NCBI GenBank assembly: GCA_041572575.1
Contig: JBFFSH010000065.1
Coordinates: 1 to 14,746, forward strand
Direction of reading: 5' to 3'
Length of the DNA stretch: 14,746 nucleotides
DNA from: Thermodesulfobacteriota bacterium
GTDB taxonomy: Bacteria > Desulfobacterota_D > UBA1144 > Nemesobacterales > N074bin48
In this document: in pieces, positions 7,634-14,746 of the stretch
Position numbering within the stretch: the stretch's first letter is position 1
How the letters are laid out: each line of letters starts with the position of its first letter
The notes under the pieces: generated by a model
What the model was told of the DNA's origin: nothing
Database searches by the model: none
What the model saw: the letters and a program-made list of their open reading frames with translations, nothing else
Made by a program: the position numbers and the translations under genes

Positions 7634-9649
7634 ATGTCATCAATACCGTTTAAAGATGCTAAAGAAAAGGCTAATAAATTAAGACAGGAAATAAGCCTGC
7701 ATGACAGGCTCTACTATATAGAAAACCAGCCATCTATATCAGATTCTGAATATGATGCATTAATGAGAGAACTTAGAAGTATAGAAGAGGAACATCCGGA
7801 GCTAATCACCCCCGACTCCCCTACCAGGAGAGTAAGTGGTACGGTAGCAGATGGATTTGATAATATTGATCATATTGTGCCAATGATAAGTATAGACAAT
7901 ATTCAAAACGAAGACGATGCTTATGATTTTGACAAAAGGGTAAAAAAATATTTGGAGTTGGACGAGAACATTGATATTGAGTATGTGTGTGAGCCAAAAT
8001 TTGATGGGGTATCCGCCTCTTTAACGTATGAAAATGGAATTCTTACAAAGGGCGCTACAAGGGGTGATGGCAGGAAAGGAGAGGATATAACCCAAAATCT
8101 AAAGACAATTAAAGCTATTCCACTTAGTTTAAATACCAACAATAAACAGCCAAAACTTATAGAAATAAGAGGTGAGGTTATTTATGCAAATGAAGATTTT
8201 GCAAAACTAAATAAACAATTGGCCGCAGAGGGAAAGCCGGTATATGCAAATGCGAGAAATACTGCATCCGGCTCATTGAGACAGCTTGACCCTAGCATAA
8301 CCGCCTCGAGACCACTTGATTTCTATGGCTGGGGAATAGGACATTCAGAAGGATTAAATGGTACAACAGAGTGGGAAGTTATTGAAAATATTAAAAAATG
8401 GGGTTTTAAGATCGATGCTAGAATAGCCAAGTTTGACAATATTTCAGGTGCAATCTCATATCATCACGAGATAGAAAACTCCAGGGACGACCTTCCCTAT
8501 GATGCAGATGGTGTTGTAATAAAAGTTAACGACAAGAAATATCAAAGAGAACTTGGATCGACTGCTAAATATCCAAGGTGGGCAGTTGCATATAAATTTA
8601 AACCACGGCAGGCAACCACAGTTGTAAATGATATTATTGTTCAGGTTGGAAGGATGGGGCTTATTACACCGCTTGCAAAAGTGCAGCCGGTTGTAATTGC
8701 CGGAGTTACCATAAGTAATGCCTCACTTCATACTGAAGACATCGTTATGCAAAAAGATGTTAGGAAGGGTGATACGGTTCTTATAGAAAGAGCGGGTGAT
8801 GTGATTCCTCAAATAGTAAAATCGATACCTGAGAAGAGAACCGGCAAAGAAAAGAAGTTTAAAATGCCATCTAATTGCCCTTCTTGTAAAACACCCATAG
8901 AAAAGGAAGGTGCATACTATTACTGCCCCAACCTTTCATGTCCGGATCAGATTAAGGGACGCATAGAACATATGGCATCAAGAAGAGCCTTTGATATAGT
9001 TGGTCTTGGTGAAAAGATTGTAGTTCAGTTCCTAGAACAAGGAGTAATAAAAGACCCGTCAGATATATTTTATCTTAAAAAGGAAAATATAATTAATCTT
9101 GAAAGGTTTGCTGATAAGTCTACTGAAAACCTGATAAATGAAATTGAGAAAAATAAAAAGATACCTTTCGACAGATTTTTAAACGCTATAAGTATAAGGC
9201 ATGTTGGCCAGAGGATGTCTCAGGTTATAGCTGAAAATTTTGGAGACTTAGATTCACTTATGAATGCAAGTGTACAAGAGTTAGAGCAAATAGATTCAGT
9301 AGGCCCGGAAATAGCTAAAAGCATCGTAAATTTCTTTAGTATTGAGAGTAATGTTAATTCGATAAACAAGATGCTCGGTGGCGGCGTTGAAATAATTTAT
9401 TCACAAAAAGCAAAGGGTGATAAATTAGCCGGTAAAACCTTTGTACTCACAGGCACTTTAGAAAACTACACTAGAGACGAAGCAAAGGAAATCATAGAAA
9501 ATGAAGGAGGCAAGGTCACTTCATCAGTCACAAAAAGGACAAGTTATGTTATTGCTGGCGAGAGCCCTGGGTCAAAGTATGATAAGGCTATGAAACTCGA
9601 TATTCCCATCATAGATGAGAATGAATTTAAAGTGCTTATTGGTAAATAG
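7634..9649 (+). CDS. ligA: NAD-dependent DNA ligase (671 aa from ATG 7634)
   Basis: EPKFDG adenylation motif, TRGDG, EIRGEV, DGVVIK, AYKF, C4 zinc finger (CPSC...CPNLSC), HhH region and BRCT (GKTFVLTG). AAGGA SD at 7622-7626. Confidence 0.97.
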   Translation: MSSIPFKDAKEKANKLRQEISLHDRLYYIENQPSISDSEYDALMRELRSIEEEHPELITPDSPTRRVSGTVADGFDNIDHIVPMISIDNIQNEDDAYDFDKRVKKYLELDENIDIEYVCEPKFDGVSASLTYENGILTKGATRGDGRKGEDITQNLKTIKAIPLSLNTNNKQPKLIEIRGEVIYANEDFAKLNKQLAAEGKPVYANARNTASGSLRQLDPSITASRPLDFYGWGIGHSEGLNGTTEWEVIENIKKWGFKIDARIAKFDNISGAISYHHEIENSRDDLPYDADGVVIKVNDKKYQRELGSTAKYPRWAVAYKFKPRQATTVVNDIIVQVGRMGLITPLAKVQPVVIAGVTISNASLHTEDIVMQKDVRKGDTVLIERAGDVIPQIVKSIPEKRTGKEKKFKMPSNCPSCKTPIEKEGAYYYCPNLSCPDQIKGRIEHMASRRAFDIVGLGEKIVVQFLEQGVIKDPSDIFYLKKENIINLERFADKSTENLINEIEKNKKIPFDRFLNAISIRHVGQRMSQVIAENFGDLDSLMNASVQELEQIDSVGPEIAKSIVNFFSIESNVNSINKMLGGGVEIIYSQKAKGDKLAGKTFVLTGTLENYTRDEAKEIIENEGGKVTSSVTKRTSYVIAGESPGSKYDKAMKLDIPIIDENEFKVLIGK

Positions 9650-9696
9650 TGGATTGTTTAAAGAATCTATAACCAAAATAAAGATATTAATAGATA

Positions 9697-10509
9697 ATGG
9701 TACAATATTTTATTGAGTTAAATCCCATATATCAAGCACTCATTGCAACTTGCTTCACCTGGTTTCTGACTGCACTAGGTGCATCTGTAGTATTTGTAAC
9801 AAAGAGTATTAACAAAAAACTATTAGACTTTTCTTTAGGTCTTTCAGGCGGAGTAATGATTGCTGCAAGCGTCTGGTCTCTTCTTATTCCTTCAATAGAT
9901 ATGTCAGAATCAAGGTATGAACTGCCGTGGGTACCCGCAGCAGTTGGTTTTCTTTTTGGCGCAGCTTTTATAAGAGTAGCAGATAAAATTATTCCCCACC
10001 TTCACCTTGGCTTCCCGCTTGCAGAAGCTGAAGGCTTAAAGACTCACTGGAGAAGAAACATCTTGCTTGTCCTTGCAATTACTTTGCACAATATACCCGA
10101 AGGTCTAGCAGTAGGTGTAGCATTTGGCGCCCTAGCCACGGGATTTGAAGGCGCCACTCTTGCATCTGCAGTAACCCTTGCCCTTGGAATAGGAATACAG
10201 AATATGCCTGAGGGTCTGGCAATATCAATGCCTCTTAGAAGGGATGGTATGTCCAGACTTAAAAGCTTTTACTACGGACAACTTTCTGCAGTAGTTGAGC
10301 CGATTGCAGCATGTATCGGAGCCGCTGCGGTGCTATACATCAACCCCATACTCCCCTACGCACTGGGATTTGCCGCAGGCGCTATGATATTTGTGGTTAT
10401 TGAAGAACTGGTACCTGAATCTCAACGCTCTGGAAACACTGATTTAGCAACATCCGGCACTATACTGGGTTTTATACTCATGATGATTCTGGACATACAG
10501 TTTGGATAA
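9697..10509 (+). CDS. ZIP family divalent metal transporter (GufA/ZupT-like)
   Basis: Multiple hydrophobic helices, TM4/TM5 signatures HNIPEG and QNMPEG, plus GGVMIAAS, AAGAMIFVVIEELVPES and a His-containing loop PHLH. Confidence 0.93.
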   Translation: MVQYFIELNPIYQALIATCFTWFLTALGASVVFVTKSINKKLLDFSLGLSGGVMIAASVWSLLIPSIDMSESRYELPWVPAAVGFLFGAAFIRVADKIIPHLHLGFPLAEAEGLKTHWRRNILLVLAITLHNIPEGLAVGVAFGALATGFEGATLASAVTLALGIGIQNMPEGLAISMPLRRDGMSRLKSFYYGQLSAVVEPIAACIGAAAVLYINPILPYALGFAAGAMIFVVIEELVPESQRSGNTDLATSGTILGFILMMILDIQFG

Positions 10510-10545
10510 GAAATTTACTATTTCCTGAGTATTTTATTAATAATA

Positions 10546-13176
10546 CTATTTCCAGACCTTAAACCAGAGAAGGTTGTTAAACTCCTTCACACTAATAGTC
10601 TCTGCTGTAAGTATCGGAAATAGATAAACAAATGCTGATAGTGAAAGGAAGAAATATAATAGTACAATCATTTTACCCTTGGTTGATATGCTCCAGATCT
10701 TGTCTATAAAATATGCAACTAGGATGTATAAAAACATAAGAGTAGGCAGAAAGTGATATATAAATATTACTTTTTTTGGTGAAAGTATCCACGGAAGCCA
10801 TGAAATAAACATTCCCGATATTACAAATATTAATGGATATGACCTGGTTCTAATGATCTGAATAATTGCTGCTATTATTGCTGCAATACCAGTCCACCAT
10901 ATGACAGGATTACCAATCGTATATATGTATTCACGCAGCCTTCCTACCTTTTCAAAATAAAGCAGTAAAGGCTTATAAACCAGAATCCATGACCACCAGG
11001 CGGACTGATAATTATGGGGATTTTTTACACTTTCATGATATCTTAACATCGATTTATGAAGCGCAATAAATTCAGAAAATGACTGCTTGTAAATAAAAAA
11101 CGGGATGTAGCTTAATATATAGATAACAATAGGTATAAATACTAAAGATAAAGTGAGTAGTAAAAGTTTTTGACTAGCGGGCTTTATTTCTATCTTCTTA
11201 TCTTTATTTTTATATAAATACGATATGAACAAACAAATGAGAATAAAAAGATTAAATGAAAGAGCAGTCCATTTTACAGATACTGCAAGCCCTAAGAATA
11301 TACCTGAAAGATAAAGAAATTTATTATTTTCTTTCCTTAAATATTTAACAGTAAACAGGCAGGCCGAAATTAGAAATACGAAAAGGAATATATCGACCAT
11401 TGCAATTCGGCTTAGCACAAATGGGAAAGGATCAAGCAGATATAATATTGCTGAAAACATACCAATGTTCACGCTATTGAAAATATTTCTTGCAAGAAGA
11501 AATATCAACATTGCTGCAGCAGCACCAAACAAGACCTGAAATATCCGCCAGGCAAATGGGCTGTCACCGAATACAAGAATTCCAAGACTTATGATCTCTT
11601 TTCCAAGAGGCGGGTGTGTCCATTCAAACTCGTTTATACCTGGATAACTGTAATCCTTGCCCCAAGCATACAAATTACCCTTTGTAATCTCCTGTGCAGT
11701 GAATGCATAATAGACTTCATCAAACATAAATTTATCAGGATATCCCACATCATTTATTCTGACTAAAAAACCCACGATAACAGCTGATACCAGGATGACC
11801 GTCTTTATATTTCTACTTATAAGATTATTTTTATATTTAACACAGATATGTTTAACAAATTTCACTAAATCAGATACTGCTCCAGATTTTTTCAGATAAT
11901 CAATCAGCATGAAAATAAACACCAATATGAGAATGCAACCTAGAAAATATATCAATGGAGTAAAGAAATTATGTGTAAATGTGGTGTAATCTGTAATTAG
12001 CCTTTTATAAGCCCAGAACATCTGAAAAACATAAATCCCGCTTAGAACAGTCAGATAAATAATATATTCTTTATATCTTATTATTAAGAAAGAAAGCAGC
12101 ACTATGGGCATAAGCATATGCCTTTCATGTGCGCGTGTAACAAACAGATAGGTTGCAAATGAGATCAGAAACACGGTTTCAAAGACTATGACAAAAAGAT
12201 TATTTCTATCTGTAAGTGCTGTTTTTCTTAAATTATTAAAACATCCGATGAGAATAGATATAAAGAAAATTAAAAATAATACTGTACCCCAGGCTTGATA
12301 TGTAAGGTTTAGAAATAGAGTTTGATCACTCTTCCACATTGCAAACATCCCCCAGAAATTTACAGCATGCATAGATGCAAATTGATGCCTTCCATACGAG
12401 CCTATAAACCTTTCATATATAAAGACTGCGGGCTTTGTAAAAACATCTGTAATAATGTCTATATTTTGATATACAAATGGAAGAGCAATAATAAAGCATG
12501 TTAAAACAAATGCTGAACCGAGTTTAGCTATACCAATTCCAAACTGCTTTTTTAATACAGGATTGTTTAAGTTGCAGCTAAACACATAAACAATCATTAA
12601 AATTAAAGGTGAAAATACTATTGCCTGTGGCTTAATTAGAAATGATATTGTACAAAATACACCAGCAAGGAATATTCTTTTATTAATCAGAAATAATATT
12701 CCGGCAGCAAGTGGAAGAGCATTGAGCGTATCCACCTGTCCCCAATGGGTAGAATTAGATAATACTGCCGGATTTAGGAAAAACAGTATTGCTGCAAATA
12801 TCGCATATTCTTTTTTTACAAAATTACTAGCTGTTATATATATCAATACTGCAATTAAAAGGTCAGATATATTAGCCGGCAGTTTGTATAAAATCTCATA
12901 GGGAACGTCTTTAAGGTACAGGTTTATCTTAGCAATTAATGCTAATATAAATATATATCCCGGCATATAGTCACAAAAGTACTCAGAATAGAAATTGCTG
13001 AATCCTACTTCTAATGCACCCTCTCCCCATTTTTTAAAGATGATGAGATCAGGATAAAAAGTCAGAAACTGAGATAAGTAAAGTCTAAGAATAAATCCGA
13101 AAAAAAGTAGAGTAATAAATACAATTAAGAGTTTATTGTAATTTCGTTTACCGGACATTATGGAAATAATACTCAT
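10546..13176 (-). CDS. Polytopic membrane protein fusing two GT-C glycosyltransferases: N-terminal ALG6/8- or Gpi18-like domain (about aa 1-430) and C-terminal PMT/GT39 protein O-mannosyltransferase-like domain (about aa 455-876)
   Basis: N-half: PD-x6-W, CDYMPGY, YKLP, NPA-x6-WGQVD, KPQ, NFW and RAHERH. C-half: FDEVYY (DE at aa 486-487), HPPLGK, AWR, SRIAMVD, VKW, HNYQSAWWSW, GNPVIWW and FIYHFLP. Start is ATG 13176 or 13158. Confidence 0.88.
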   Translation of the reverse strand: MSIISIMSGKRNYNKLLIVFITLLFFGFILRLYLSQFLTFYPDLIIFKKWGEGALEVGFSNFYSEYFCDYMPGYIFILALIAKINLYLKDVPYEILYKLPANISDLLIAVLIYITASNFVKKEYAIFAAILFFLNPAVLSNSTHWGQVDTLNALPLAAGILFLINKRIFLAGVFCTISFLIKPQAIVFSPLILMIVYVFSCNLNNPVLKKQFGIGIAKLGSAFVLTCFIIALPFVYQNIDIITDVFTKPAVFIYERFIGSYGRHQFASMHAVNFWGMFAMWKSDQTLFLNLTYQAWGTVLFLIFFISILIGCFNNLRKTALTDRNNLFVIVFETVFLISFATYLFVTRAHERHMLMPIVLLSFLIIRYKEYIIYLTVLSGIYVFQMFWAYKRLITDYTTFTHNFFTPLIYFLGCILILVFIFMLIDYLKKSGAVSDLVKFVKHICVKYKNNLISRNIKTVILVSAVIVGFLVRINDVGYPDKFMFDEVYYAFTAQEITKGNLYAWGKDYSYPGINEFEWTHPPLGKEIISLGILVFGDSPFAWRIFQVLFGAAAAMLIFLLARNIFNSVNIGMFSAILYLLDPFPFVLSRIAMVDIFLFVFLISACLFTVKYLRKENNKFLYLSGIFLGLAVSVKWTALSFNLFILICLFISYLYKNKDKKIEIKPASQKLLLLTLSLVFIPIVIYILSYIPFFIYKQSFSEFIALHKSMLRYHESVKNPHNYQSAWWSWILVYKPLLLYFEKVGRLREYIYTIGNPVIWWTGIAAIIAAIIQIIRTRSYPLIFVISGMFISWLPWILSPKKVIFIYHFLPTLMFLYILVAYFIDKIWSISTKGKMIVLLYFFLSLSAFVYLFPILTAETISVKEFNNLLWFKVWK

Positions 13177-13187
13177 AAAGAAGATAT

Positions 13188-13224
13188 AAAAAAGGGGAGA
13201 TAATTATTATCAATTATCTCCCCT
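13188..13224 (-). terminator. Rho-independent terminator downstream of the lipoprotein gene
   Basis: Perfect 12-bp stem GGGGAGATAATT (13194-13205) / AATTATCTCCCC (13212-13223), 6-nt loop, followed on the minus strand by T6 (13193-13188). Confidence 0.88.
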
Positions 13225-13269
13225 GTGTTTAATTAATTGTTAGTTATATATTGTTGTTATGCTTATTAC

Positions 13270-14406
13270 CTAAGGAGGAGGAGTCGGACCATCAGAGGGG
13301 TTGTCACTCGGGCCATCCGAAGGACTGTCGCTGGGGCCATCCGAAGGACTGTCGCTGGGGCTATCTGATGGGCTGTCGCTGGGGCTATCTGATGGGCTGT
13401 CACTTGGGCCGTCCGAAGGACTGTCGCTTGGGCTATCTGAAGGACTGTCACTCGGGCTATCTGATGGGCTGTCACTCGGGCCATCCGAAGGACTGTCGCT
13501 GGGGCTATCTGATGGGCTGTCGCTAGGGCTGTCTGAAGGGTCATCATTTAGCACTTCACAGTCTGTATTTACTTCGGCACCCTCATCGGTTGATATATCA
13601 CCCTGAGCTCCCTCTATAATACAATCAGTCCCCTCTATGTCTACTGAAGAGTTATCATCTGCGTCTACACCGTTTTCATCACTGATAATTTCTACTATAT
13701 CTCCATTTATATCCACATCGGAGTCATCATTTGCATCAATCCCATCCTCTTCTGAGTCGCATAATACCTCATTAGTATTAATAGATACTGAAGATTCATC
13801 TTCAGTCTTAATACAATTTGAGCATTGCTCTAGAGTAATCATGTTAGAATTGATGATTAAATTACAGTCATTTTCAGCTTTTATACAATCGCCACCTTGC
13901 CCGTTTATATGTATATCACGATTTATCTGTGTAACTCCACCTTCACACTGTATACCAATATCTAACTGATTGAGAAGCACCAGGTCATTATTAAAATCAA
14001 GCGTAACATTATATGTGATTACATTATTTTCGGGAATAATCACATCTGTAAATATGCTCTGTCCGTCGAATCTGAATTCAAAAGTTACAAGCCCCGAAGT
14101 AGAAACTATGAAATTACCATCACTGTTTGTAACAGTTGATTGTACTAAAACTCCGTCTTTGAAAACATTTACAAGTACACCAGCAGATTGAGCATTTAAT
14201 TCCTTTAAAAATGAGAGTTTATCTAATATAGAGGATAATATTGTTCTATTTTGTTTCTTTACCTCTTTTGAAATCAATATTCCCTCAACTTTTCCACTAA
14301 CAACACTGTTATTCAGTTCAGAGTCACTTGTTCCTCCACAGGCTGTAAATATTAAAGATAAGCAAAATATGGATACAACAACTACAGATATTTTAGTTCT
14401 ATGCAT
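13270..14406 (-). CDS. Acidic surface/periplasmic lipoprotein: beta-sandwich-like region, 24-aa beta-helix-like repeats and a C-terminal (xPSD)21 tail
   Basis: Signal peptide with lipobox IFTA-C (Cys codon 14340-14338) followed by GGTSDS. ATG 14406 has AGGATGGTG upstream (alternative ATG 14421). Repeats are listed separately. Confidence 0.85.
   Translation of the reverse strand: MHRTKISVVVVSIFCLSLIFTACGGTSDSELNNSVVSGKVEGILISKEVKKQNRTILSSILDKLSFLKELNAQSAGVLVNVFKDGVLVQSTVTNSDGNFIVSTSGLVTFEFRFDGQSIFTDVIIPENNVITYNVTLDFNNDLVLLNQLDIGIQCEGGVTQINRDIHINGQGGDCIKAENDCNLIINSNMITLEQCSNCIKTEDESSVSINTNEVLCDSEEDGIDANDDSDVDINGDIVEIISDENGVDADDNSSVDIEGTDCIIEGAQGDISTDEGAEVNTDCEVLNDDPSDSPSDSPSDSPSDSPSDGPSDSPSDSPSDSPSDSPSDSPSDGPSDSPSDSPSDSPSDSPSDSPSDGPSDSPSDGPSDNPSDGPTPPP
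13291..13542 (-). repeat. Coding tandem repeat: 21 x 12 nt encoding [S/G/N/D]-P-S-D, with 24-nt and 72-nt higher-order periodicity
   Basis: 252 nt equals exactly 21 units: 15 SPSD, 4 GPSD (units 6, 12, 18, 20), 1 DPSD and 1 NPSD. The invariant Ser alternates TCN/AGY codons in every unit. Confidence 0.97.
13558..13893 (-). repeat. Four to five degenerate 24-aa repeats, probable parallel beta-helix
   Basis: GDCIKAENDCNLIINSNMITLEQC / SNCIKTEDESSVSINTNEVLCDSE / EDGIDANDDSDVDINGDIVEIISD / ENGVDADDNSSVDIEGTDCIIEGA / QGDISTDEGAEVNTDC. Confidence 0.7.
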
Positions 14407-14472
14407 TACTAAGGTCACCATCCTACTATAGTATTAAATAAATTATATGAGATGCTAATAAGAAGTCAACTC

Positions 14473-14746
14473 TCACGAATTTAGAATTTTTCTCAAATTC
14501 CAGGACTCAGCAAACATTTTTAAAATTACACTAATATTTGCTCCCGACTGACTGCCTTTTAATCTTGGATAATGATTTACGGCAATTTCTTTAATACCAT
14601 AACCCTTATTAAGTAGTCTTATAATAAACTCTGTACTAAAAAGAGCACCATCTGAGATTATTGGTTTTATTTGTTGATATGCCTGAGTGGGAAACACCTT
14701 GAATGCGCAATCTATATCTCTTAGATTAAGACCGAACATAAGCTTA
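14473..14746 (-). CDS. Glycosyltransferase family 2, DPM1-like (polyprenyl-phosphate sugar synthase-like); C-terminal fragment, 5' end outside the window
   Basis: The frame is open to the window edge (AAG CTT ATG...). Motifs LRDIDCAFKVF, FSTE, IKEIAVNHYPR-x2-GSQSG and a C-terminal amphipathic helix are typical of DPM1-like GT2 enzymes. Confidence 0.85.
   Translation of the reverse strand, partial: KLMFGLNLRDIDCAFKVFPTQAYQQIKPIISDGALFSTEFIIRLLNKGYGIKEIAVNHYPRLKGSQSGANISVILKMFAESWNLRKILNS

Noticed and set aside
10510..10545. Bidirectional terminator between the convergent ZIP and GT-C genes
   Set aside because: No convincing GC-rich stem is visible in the 36-nt gap.
13291..13542. Repeat array as a CRISPR or non-coding repeat
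   Set aside because: The units are contiguous 12-mers with no unique spacers, they are in frame within the lipoprotein with mostly synonymous variation, and there are no cas genes.
13251..13606. Alternative-frame ORFs over the repeat (13251-13526 +, 13266-13547 -, 13301-13606 +)
   Set aside because: A 12-nt repeat without stops is open in several frames automatically. Variation is mostly synonymous in the xPSD frame.
377..14191. Short ORFs antisense to or overlapping well-supported genes (377-568, 1128-1337, 2349-2717, 2665-2946, 4112-4309, 5114-5401, 5552-5773, 6137-6415, 6447-6680, 7921-8142, 12322-12504, 13637-13969, 13970-14191)
   Set aside because: Shadow frames of real genes with no recognisable motifs.

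Overview
AT-rich bacterial chromosomal segment, probably from a diderm (inferred from an AMIN-domain amidase and a lipoprotein). It has four parts. (1) 1-1802: the right end of an integrative element at the 3' end of tRNA-Leu(GAG) (1803-1888), with an intact tyrosine integrase, a small two-helix membrane protein and a possible IS3-like terminal repeat near the left edge. (2) A minus-strand pair: a PhnP-like MBL hydrolase and apgM. (3) A divergent plus-strand run: amidase, polX, ligA and a ZIP transporter. (4) A convergent minus-strand cluster: a partial DPM1-like GT2, an acidic lipoprotein ending in 21 perfect xPSD repeats, a strong terminator, and an 876-aa membrane protein fusing two different GT-C glycosyltransferases (ALG6/8- or Gpi18-like plus PMT/GT39-like). 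The most interesting reading is that part 4 is a self-contained protein O-glycosylation (O-mannosylation-type) system: donor synthase, Ser-rich substrate and an initiating/extending transferase. All calls come from motif recognition by eye; no database searches were run.
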